Positions 24,101 through 34,248 of a stretch of DNA of 64,000 nt are shown piece by piece. The notes beneath the pieces are model-generated. The model made no database searches, was not told the origin of the DNA, and saw only the letters and a program-made list of their open reading frames with translations. The first letter of the stretch is position 1; each line of letters starts with the position of its first letter. Source of the DNA: Laetmonice hystrix (taxonomy: Eukaryota); the NCBI GenBank assembly GCA_965235115.1, contig OZ249436.1:53942001-54006000 (forward strand), given 5' to 3'. A program made the translations under genes and the position numbers.

Positions 24101-26795
24101 TTTTAAAAAGAGGCATTGGTTTGTAGGCATGGAGAGACGCATTGTCCACCTGACTGATGAGAGCGAAATAACAAGTGTGACTTTCTTGGACCCGAGCGTG
24201 TGCCCACAGGAAACCATCAACTATCCTCCATACACAACCCACGTCAACGTCTACCTACTGGTTACCTGCAGCGACTCGCAGATGTTTCTTGTCGACTGTC
24301 ACCTCAACTCTCAAACACCTCCCGTACACGTCACACAGGCGTAAGTCAGCATGTGTAATCGCTTCTCCCTGAATAAGTAAACTTATTTATTTCCACCCCA
24401 GTGTTATCCCTCAGCGACATTGTGGGAGTTGCTGCTTTATTTGTTATTGTCTCTTCTGCATGCAGCGTCAAGCATGTGTGGGTACACTTATGTATTTATA
24501 TAAAAAAAAGCAAGTTAGATCATTTTGAGGGGATACAGTTCAGGGGACACGACAGAGGTACAACATCAACTATGATGAAATCCTAACAGGTTATGCCGTA
24601 CATTATATGCTAATATACGTTTTATATATTTTGCAGGATTGAGAACAAAGACGAGAGGTACTCTTACATACGTACTATTGCAGGTGTTACAAATTTTGTA
24701 AGTTTCCTGTTCTTCGTGTAATTTAGTAAATTAGCTTTTGCTATAGATATTAATTGCCGTACCCTAGCAGTGTGCCACTATGAAAGCAGTGGTACTTATA
24801 CTGGTACATGTGGGATATACAGTAACTGTACATGTGTATGGATATTCTAACTATTTACGGCAAAAAGGCAAAAAGTATGTGAATGCTATGTGACAATTTG
24901 ATTGGTTGGTTTCCAGGTGCTGGCATGCAGACAGGACGGGATCATATTTCTCATTAACCTACTTAATGGGCGAGTTATTGGAGAGATAACTTTACCTAAA
25001 GGTTATCGCCTCACTTCGCCATGGCAACCAGTCACTGCTGTTGGCGGAAGTGGCCAGACCGTATACATCAAAGGTGTGCACTAGTTCATGTTATAACCAG
25101 TGTTGTCATGGTCGGATGGGGAGAAGAAGATCTCCTTCTCCCCCATTAAGATATCTCACGCTTCAGAGATCACAAGAATTCAGAAATCGTAAGAGTTAGG
25201 ATTCTGTTCCCCCCCCAGACCAAAGACCTAAAAAAGTCATTATTTTATAATGTTACGAGTAGTGGTACTCGTGTAAGCCTACTATACCAGTGCCTAAAGC
25301 GCAATAAATATTGAGGACAAAGTATTAGTTAAACCAATAGAAACATAATTTTTAAAATCTATTTGTTGTTCTCCCTCTCTCACTTCAAAGCTGAATTAAA
25401 CACTGCCAAGGAGGAGAGATCAGAAGAATTGGAGTCGTCATTTGATGGTCGGTCAGCAGCTCTCTGCGTGTTCAATCTCCAGCAGTGTTATGCCCTTGAT
25501 CACTGCCGCACCAAACGACCTGCTCCCCTACCGTTCACCATTCACAGCGTTGTTCAAAACAGGGTTGATGCACTCTTTGCAGAAAGGTTATTGTTTTCAT
25601 TCAATAGACTGATTGAAATATCATTGAATGGGCACTCTGAAAATTTAGGCGTTAAATGCAGCCAATGTCGAGTCACTTATCCATTCATTTTATTGAAAGA
25701 TCTTTTCCCTGTATTTATAGACTTTCTCAGCAGGCCTTGCGCAAGGACAGGATGCAGGCCCGCTGGGGACAGATGAAGTCTGACTTGGAATTGATGATCC
25801 AGCTTAGACAGGAGGCAGCCAAGAACTCTCAAAACAATGTAGCTTATGTAAGTACGAGGCGAGAAAGCTCTTTCCTATCATTTTTAGCACCATAATTAGC
25901 CAGTACTTCTTTCTTTTGTTATGCTTTTCATCTGAACAAGTAATGTATTACTGGGAAACAGTCGTTTTAGCTGGTTTTCATTGTCAGATAATAAAACATT
26001 TTGATAATTAATATCTCAGTCCTTAAATAAAAAGTTTCTGATGACTATTGTATGCACGTGTGTGCTGAATAACATGATCGTTTTTCAAGGCTTCCTGATG
26101 ATAAAAAATAATGGTAAGTATTTCAGGGTGTCCAATTGTATTAAATGCAGTATTTTTTCCCCACATTATCCTGTTCTGCGAGTTTCATGTAAATATTTCT
26201 ATATTTAAATTGTTCAATTGCCATGTGCTTAATGACATTTGTTAATTTGATTTGATCTTGTTTTCCAAGTAATCTAAAATTGCTTGCGCTTCATAGTACA
26301 TGTGTACTGGTATTGTTAAGATTAGCAAAGGCCATTAGCTAAATTCTCAACCAGTCAGATCATTACCGTAGATGAAATAAGTAAGGACTGTCTCACCCCA
26401 TGTAGGCTTCATTCTGAATGTGTAGGTTTCACAGAAACAGATATCCATGTCCATTTTGATCATTTTTAAGTACTAAGAATGTAAAATATGTTTAAGAAAA
26501 GTTATAATTTATGGCGATTATTTGTTTAAAATTTGTTTATTATTTGTTTAAAATCTCATTTAGCTCTCTTACTACTGTTCGTCAAACCTAAAACAAAAGA
26601 TTGAATTCATAAGTTGTAATGAATTATGTAATAATCACAAATAATGACTGAAGGTGTAGTGCTATTTGTGTGTAGCCATTACAAACTTCTTTGTAAAGAG
26701 ACTACGTATGTAAATTCCATAGCTTGTTTAATTTTGTTTTTCAGACTTCATCTAGTATTGAAGGGAGCTTTGTCCAGGAAGCACTCCTTCGGTAA
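15164..26795 (+). CDS. WDR93: WD repeat-containing protein 93
   Basis: Exons 15164-15430, 16351-16552, 17062-17129, 17417-17492, 17749-17876, 18190-18270, (20126-20158 optional), 20456-20537, 20817-20994, 21348-21418, 21599-21676, 23782-23913, 24127-24340, 24637-24697, 24917-25073, 25391-25586, 25721-25847 and 26745-26795 (last exon uncertain; alternative stop at 25895). N-terminal DPEQLWDVLPQPYRMIDK..SW matches the WDR93 LPQPYRMI signature. Confidence 0.85.
15870..16261. mobile_element. PIF/Harbinger-like MITE
   Basis: TIR GGCCAAAAAAA..TTCGTTTCTTGTCC / GGACAAGAAACGAA..TTTTTTTGGCC with a 3-bp TAA TSD on both sides. Confidence 0.75.
18437..19117 (+). other. Candidate alternative Ser/Arg-rich WDR93 exon with an internal in-frame TGA
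   Basis: Acceptor TTTTTTCACAG|GCA in phase 0, matching the upstream exon. Frame is open for 160 codons, has TGA at 18917-18919, then is open again to TAA at 19124-19126. Possible donor ATA|GTAATC after 19117. Confidence 0.5.
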
Positions 26796-27948
26796 GGAAG
26801 CGACTGGAGCCAATAGCTAGATACACATGTACTGGATTCACAGACTGAAGATGTTCCTTGGTAGAATCATCATTTAGAAGGTGCCAAAGACTGCGGCCAA
26901 GCATACAAAGTATTTCTATGGTGGCCGCTTATCAGCTGAAAGTTACTGTAAATATTTGTTAACTATTAGAGTAATATTTGACCTACTATACAATATTTGG
27001 GTACAAACTATAAAACCTTATACAACATGTACATTATAGTGTAGTGGGTGGAGCGATGGGGGGCCTGCAAGCCTACCGTGCTCCAAAAGAAGTTTTGTTC
27101 TTTTGTTTTGCACTATATCGTGTCTCTGCTGTGTTTATTACATATATACTGAACATACGGACAGGGTTGGCTTGGGGAGGGGGTGGGATTTTAAAAGTTA
27201 CTAGTGGACATTATTGTAAAGAAAGATTGCAAGAAACCAGTAAATAAAATGTTATTCTTTAATCAGTCATTTTAGTCAGTCTCATGTTTATGAAATTTGC
27301 ATTTAGTATTCCAACCTTTACATCAAGAAGAACCGTTAAGAGATACCAAATAAGACTTGGCCCAGCACAAAAAATTGTAATTAGGTAAAATGATTTTATT
27401 TACTGTACTCTTTCAACATAGTCAAACTGTTTACGATATATTTAGGTTACCACCAGTTAGTCTACTAGGTACATCAATATCTTGATAGAAAGAAAATAAA
27501 AATCTTGCTCCTAATTCCTGTGCTGGTGTTTCAAGACTGGGCCCAACACAAAAATCTATTTACTCGGGACTGACATCTCACTGAATTGGGATGTGTGAAG
27601 CCCTCCCCCCCCCGATACATATTTAAAAGTTTATACTGAGCCTTTAGCTCTCCTTATTTTGTGTGCAAATGAGGGGTTACTTGTGATTACCTCTGTCTGC
27701 ACCACGTTTTGAGATAAAAACACTTCTGCTGCCTGTGAGTGTTTATGAAAATTGCGCCTCATGTTTATGCTGGTTCCCTCAAAGAGTGGCCTTGAATCCG
27801 GTATTGAAACGTTTCAATATTCAGCTGGCCCTGTCCACAGGGTCTGAACCAGCAGGCAACCTGGCAATATGCCAAAGGTTACATTACCCCGGTATGTCTG
27901 CGGGGTTTTCCCAGGTTTCCGTCATATACATCGCAAACATGGCCTTCA

Positions 27949-30900
27949 TCAACGTCTTCGCCGCTCATCTGGGGAAGAGCTTCTCCGCGACCGCCGCCGT
28001 CTGTCTCTCTCCCTGTCTCTATCCCGATCTCTGGAAAGGAGAGTACCCATTGTTTTGGTGAATACCTGTTCACTATAATGACTGAGAACATTGTATTACA
28101 TAAATTAATTTGTCTAATTTTTTCACTTGTGCATTGTAACTTAAAGGCTACAGACAACCTGTCATGATATAAGAAAAACCAAAACAGTGTAAAATATATT
28201 CTCACCCTTTCTTTGCCACGGGCCCTCTTACAAAACACCAGTCAACGTTCACTTTCTGGCCGAGGATCTCTCCACCGTTGAGAGCCTCCATAGCAGACTG
28301 AGCCTCTCCAAACGTCTCGTATTCCACCAGGGCATATCCCTTAAGGTGAAATTTTACAGAGCAAATTAATTTTAAAGTACTTCAAAAGTTTGAACAATTT
28401 AAGCAGTGTTGACATTTTATGGATTTTTATTCAGATACAAAATAATGCCATTTTACAATTTATAGCTTGGAAATAGTTATTGTGGCTTATTAATTTTCAT
28501 ATGAACTAGTCTTCCAACTGTCATCAGAAATTTTTGTTTTGTTTCCTTATTTATAAAAGTTACCTTGAGGAATCCTGTGCGTCTATCCAAATTCAAATGA
28601 AGATTTTTAATTTCCCCATAGTCTGCAAACTTGTCAATTATATCATCCTCAGATGCCTCTTCGTGTACATTGGTGATAAAAAGAATCCATCCTTCAACGG
28701 CTGAAACACAGATACAGGCAATTCAAATCCATGAAACTGCCAGAATAAAATGGAGTAAAGGATACTGAATGAACCACTTAAATAAGTGAGCAAATACAGG
28801 GATCAAAAAATATCTACCAACTTCACTTGCCCTTTGGGCAAGCAGCAGCCATGAGCCACTTGCCCGACAGTATTTCACTTGCCCTAAAATCCTTTTAATT
28901 TCAACACTTCGTTTCACTGTTGAATACAGCTCATAAATACATGTCTTGCATAGTACTGTATTTTGAACCGAATTGGCCATAAGGATTGTATTTTCTTCAA
29001 ATACTTGAGAACCTATCGATAATTACCTGCTGTTCGTTCTCTCTGAGGAATTTTTCTGAACGAGATATCAACCATATTAGGACACAGACAGGTGTTTCTT
29101 TTCTTACTCGTTTCCACATTCGTCCAGACATATTGTATTCATGGGACGATCAGATGGTCGTTTTTTTTTAGCCCTGAAATACTCATATTAGATCTCCATG
29201 AATCAATACTTACATCGCTGGGGTCCAGGACCTCCCTCCTCATCAACTTCCATACCCTCATATTCCTCGACGCCACTCCGGGTCGGCGCATCTGTCACAC
29301 ATAGTCATATGGGATATTCCTTACTCTAGCTAATATGGGCACATGACATTTATCATAATACATTTCATTTTTTTTAAATATGTTCATCTCCAATAAATTT
29401 TCTATTTACAACATATTCAAATAAATCCCAGTCAATCAGTCCATTGTACAAACTTAGGTATAACAACTATTATTCTTTTTAATACAGGTATGAGAATGGA
29501 AAATGGGAGCATGCCCTTGTAAACTAGGACCCAAACCAGCTGTCAACAAACTTGCATTATGGTTTAAAATTACAACACTGCCAAATCTATGGGAAAGTTG
29601 CAACTTAATACATATTGATCTTACAGTTTCTTACCAAACCAATTTTTTAAGCTGTCTTACCTCCACCAAATCCACGACCTTTACGCTTCTTAACTTTCTC
29701 CTTTAGTTTCAGAAGGCCCTCTAGAAATAGAATTCAGCAATATCACAGATTTGAGTTACAATGAAAAAATGTATGCATGTTGCCTGAATAGTGTATGCAT
29801 GTCGGCAAAGCATGGTCCTGAAGATCAGTCCCCTTTGAGTGGAGTTGCTCCGGCACCCGGTCCCCTCAGTGCAGACTAGTGTGAAAGAGACTCTGTCTGG
29901 GTTTTTTGGGGGTTATCTCAAAAAGTAATTTGGTACCCTCAAATTTTTATCGCATATTTGGAATCAACATCATTTTCTGCCTATATAGGGTGGGAATGGT
30001 GGATTTTCCATAATATTTCAGTTTAAAAAACGTGAAAAACAGAAGATCTAATCTATCATTTCTGGAAGTGAAACTAATGAAAATATTAGATGTAGTAGAG
30101 AGGATTTCCGGGCTCCCAAAAAGTAGTTTGGGACCCCCACATTTTATTGCATACTGGGAATCTACATATCATTTTCTATCTTTAGGGATAGTCCAGCAGA
30201 TCAGCTGCAGCAGATTTTCCAAAACTGTCAACTCAAACCACACAGCCATCTTAAAACTACAGTCAGACCTCAGTAATCCGTGCTCCACTACTCCGTTTTC
30301 CCCGACATCCGAACGTTACACCTTGGGAACGGAATTTTTTTAGTTCATTTTGTACCCACTAATCCGGATACCCCGGTTTCCGAAACCGAACGCATCATAT
30401 TGGTACATATCTATGAATTAACGTCTCACAAAACCGAACGCCATACTCTCAGAGCAGCACCGTATGGCTTGCGTACCACTGCTGCCGGCGGTCAGCTGTG
30501 AACGAGAGCGGTCATTCATGAGTAAACACGGTCACACCTCAGTCGCGCTCCCTGCACTGCACTGGCGCTAAGACAATAGGCGCCCTGATAAAAGACAGAG
30601 CACCGGTCAGCCGGCACTTGGGATTAACACCTGTTAACAATAACCCAAAGAAAATAAAATTCAATAGGTGAGTAGGTGTTCTTACTTTGAGTGACCTCAC
30701 AAAGAAATGGGCTGAATGGCTTAAAGATTTACACCTTTCCCAAGTTCTGTATAAATACGACACACATTAACTGTGCCTTCATTCCAACCTGAACAAGCAT
30801 AGAGAGAACAACACGAAGCAAGAGAGACTACACATCATCATCATGTCACTGAAACGCAAACGCACAGAGGTGACTGTTGTCCAGAAGAAGAAGTTGTGTG

Positions 30901-33900
30901 AAGAACAGATTCGTTTAGTAATAATCGCAGCAAAAATCATTGACATAGAAATGGTGATAGCCACGTGCTTAAGGCGGGAAATTGTAATTTGAAAACCACT
31001 AGGTGGCGTGGTGGTTGTGACCCCTCTACCACTAGGTGGCGCGGCGATTGTGACCCCTCTACCACTAGGTGGCGTGGCGGATGTGACCCCTCATGAACGC
31101 TAATCCGAACGCTCCGACATCCGAACGATTTTTTCAGGGAACCAAGGTGTTCGGATTAACGAGGTCTGACTGTATATGAAGTATCAGGCACCATTTATTT
31201 TCACTGAGCAACAGGAACTATGAATAGGCATTAAGGCGTTTATCTATGGCCCTGCACGTCCCTAACTTCTTAAGGCAACACACATTTGTGATGTTAGAAA
31301 TAAGCAGGGTGAATGTGATGTCAAAATCCACTAAACGATGCAACTTCATCCGGAAGGTACTTTTCGCTTTCTCAGGGTGATGCCATCTTGCCGTTGCGGG
31401 GTGTTAATATTTCATCGATTGTGATTGGTCAAATAAATGTCAATTAATTTAATTGGAAACTAAGTTATAGCCCCAGCCGGTGTGGCAGTCTTAGATCTCC
31501 ACAGGCTCAGATCTCCGGGGGGATATGGTCGATTCCCCCCCCGGTCGCGATTCGCCCCACTGATATAAGTCGATTTGCCCCACTCGGAAAGTCTTTTCGC
31601 CCCAGTTCAGACTGATCTCTGACTGACTGAATAAATGGCATGTCTGCCCCTCGGTATGCCCTCCCACCCGCCTTGCCTCTGTGATAGACACTCGACTCAA
31701 GTCAACCGCCCACCCTGCCGCCTGTGGTCCTGGGAAAAGCCGTCAACGTGACTAGGACAGTCTACTGAGTTAGAGGAGTGTATCGGGCGATCGGGCCAGG
31801 GGTCTAAAGACTAAAGAGTCTTTGACCGGGCTCCCGCCCTCCACGGCCCTGCTGCCCTACCGGACTCCCGCCCTCTACATCCCCGACGGCGACGCCCTAC
31901 CGACCTCCAATCTCCATCAGTCCATGTCCGCTTGGTCATGTCCGCCCCCCGGGATATAGGCCCCTACCCCCGGTCATGTCCCCCTTCAACGCTTCATGTC
32001 CGGCGCTCGCCGCTCCGCTCAAGAGGCGCCCGGTGTCGCGGTCTCAGATCTCCGTTGGTCTCAGAACTCCGGGGGCATGGTTTCCTATTGTTTAGACGCT
32101 GAATCTGACTAAGTGAGCACGCGCGAGTCGCTGCTTGGGCTCACACCTCCGGTCGTCTGCTACCTGATGGGTGGTGGAGTTTTCTTCCAAACGAGACTAA
32201 AGGACAGTCTGGATAGGTAAACTGTAAACCAAGTATCGTAGAGGAGATGAGAGTTATTACGTGTGACTCAACTGAGAGCTGATATTTCGGATAGTTAGAC
32301 TAGAACACACGGCGATGCAGCTAACCTCCCGGAGATCTGAGACCACGGAGATCTGAGACCGCGACACCGGCAAGGGACACGTTACCTACGAGGTGGCTCT
32401 CATTTTGTTGGGCACTTAGTGATTACAATAGTTGATCTAGGGTTGTTGATACACTCCTAACGTGTTAGCTCTAACTCAGTAGACTGTCCTAGCGCTAGTC
32501 ACGTTGACGGCTTTTCCCGGGACCACGGGCGGCAGCTGACTGAGTGGAGTGTCTATCACAGAGCCTCAGAGGCAAGGCGGGTGGGAGGGCATTAGTACCG
32601 AGGGGCGGACATGACCGGGCGGACATGGCAACGGGCGGACATGTCGTGTATTCCATGGCGGCATGGCACCATGCGGTTTCTAGTTGTTTCGTACCACCGG
32701 CATTTCGTCCCAGGTTGTTTCGTACCAGATAGTTACGTGGCCAAGTTGTTTCGTACTACAACCCAAGTCATTTCGTACTAGTCACTTCGTACCACTAGCT
32801 GTGTCCTGTGTCCTGCACAGTGACAGTATACTAATGAACGTTTAGAAACAGATGAACGGGATTAACTTAAACTTAAACTACAAAGTCGAGTTGTCAAGGT
32901 CGGGTCACGTCGCTGAGCCAGGCAAAGCCGAAGTGACCGTGCGGTGGTAGAGGTACGGTGGCCGCATTCGCTCCCCGGACGGCCCAGTGGCAGTGGAGCG
33001 GGCCCGGTACGTGCGGTGGACCAATGGGCTCACCAGTGAAGGCCTGCACATCGACGCCCGATGCCTTGCCTGCCTATAGGCCTACTAGATCCTACTAAGT
33101 ACTAGGGCCGGGTGGGGGCATAATTTGAGGTTTAAGAAATAGAACTTCTCAATGACAATGAAATAAAATATCCAGTCCAAGCTAGTCCAGGTCCGGCCAC
33201 CGCCAGTGCTGCGGCCGCCTCCGTACACGCAAGCGCCGTCAGCGCTGCAGTCGCCTCCCCGGTTCCGGCTCCGGCCCCAGGTCGGCCACCGCCAGTGCTG
33301 CGGCCGCCTCCCCGCCGCCCGCCCCAACCATGATCACACACCCGACAAGCTCATCATATTCTTTCTTATTGTACGCTGTGTATGAATATCCCCCAAATAC
33401 AACGCAATATTTTAGGAACGTAAAAGCAATAGGGACAGGCCTAATATGGTAGAAATAGCCTGGATATAATATGGTACGAAACAGCCTGGGTAGGTGGTAC
33501 GAAACAACCTGGGTAGGTGGTACGAAACAACCTGGGACGAAATGACGGTGGTACGAAACAACCTGATACCGCACCATGCACGGCCCCGCCGCCTTACCGG
33601 GGCAGATGACCGGCGGTGTGAGCCCAAACAGCGACTCGCGTGTGCTCACTTAGTTAGATTTAACATCTAAACAATAGAAACCCATGCCTCCGGAGTTCTG
33701 AGACCAACGGAGATCTGAGTGCACCACACCGGCGGAGAGTCTGAGTGCGCGACACCGGCCCGGGCACAGGGGCGATAATACGGGGCCAGGCAAAGACGTA
33801 ACCGGTACGTCTACGGTCGAATGCGCCTTTCCACAAGCTCATTGAGACTCCGTGAAAAAATATAATTAGACAAACTACTAGTCATGACGATAAATATGTC

Positions 33901-33994
33901 AATACACCATTACGAACTTACGGTCTCCTTCCTCGTCCACCTCAAACTCTTCTGCGCTTTCCTCAGCCTCGTGAATTTCTAAAACCTCCGCCAT
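27949..33994 (-). CDS. RBM8A: RNA-binding protein 8A / Y14 (exon junction complex), 6 exons, 187 aa
   Basis: Exons 33994-33922, 29720-29661, 29291-29214, 28700-28564, 28339-28206 and 28030-27949 (564 nt). Motifs [40 protein letters not shown] and an RD/RS tail. Confidence 0.97.
28797..29176. mobile_element. CAGGG..CCCTG MITE, copy 2 (hAT5-like)
   Basis: Exact 5-bp TSD AAATA (28792-28796, 29177-29181). Homologous to 9930-10340. Confidence 0.8.
30260..31172. mobile_element. Tc1/mariner-pogo-like non-autonomous element
   Basis: TA TSD. TIR CAGTCAGACCTCAGTAATCCG versus CAGTCAGACCTCGTTAATCCG (19/21). Internal 33-bp x3 tandem at 30995-31092. Confidence 0.85.
31922..32653 (+). mobile_element. MULE/Foldback-like element (CATGTCCGCC subrepeats), interrupted copy
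   Basis: Colinear with the intact copy at 53604-53996 except for the insertion at 32034-32366. An inverted fragment of the same family lies at ~31639-31784. Confidence 0.8.
32034..32366 (+). mobile_element. Ginger1-like non-autonomous element (333 bp)
   Basis: TGTCG...CGACA termini, ~40-bp TIR TGTCGCGGTCTCAGATCTCCG, CCGG TSD (32030-32033, 32367-32370). The empty site GAGGCGCCCGGCAAGGGACAC is visible at ~53729-53749. Confidence 0.85.
32675..33570. mobile_element. MULE/Foldback-like element (GTTGTTTCGTACC subrepeats)
   Basis: TIRs of ~50 bp with subterminal repeats, and an exact 9-bp TSD GCACCATGC (32666-32674, 33571-33579). Confidence 0.85.
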
Positions 33995-34248
33995 TTTCGC
34001 TTCATGCACGCTCTGACGTCACGGAGTTAGGAGTCAGGAGTCAGGAGGAAATATAAAGTCACAGATAATATTATATCGTCGAAAACAGTTATGCAGATAT
34101 TTTCGAGAAAAATTTAAAAGTGCTCAACAAAATATACAACAGAGAGCAAAGTTATTTTTTGTTGATTCTTTATTCAATGTTTTGCCCCGTTTCCTGCAAA
34201 CAGCAACACTTGTAAATCAATGTGTGTACTGACACCTAAATATACAAA
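33995..34248. promoter_or_regulatory. Compact bidirectional promoter of RBM8A and MPHOSPH10
   Basis: Only 254 bp between divergent ATGs. CRE palindrome TGACGTCA at 34014-34021, GGAGT(T/C)A x3 from 34023, and both starts in AAAATGGCG (YY1-like/Kozak). Confidence 0.8.

Larger units (their letters stand above)
31481..33728 (-). mobile_element. Outer Ginger1-like non-autonomous element hosting nested insertions
   Basis: CCGG|TGTGG...CCACA|CCGG. Positions 33602-33728 are the reverse complement of the left part of 32034-32366. An extra terminal fragment lies at 33733-33758. Confidence 0.65.
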
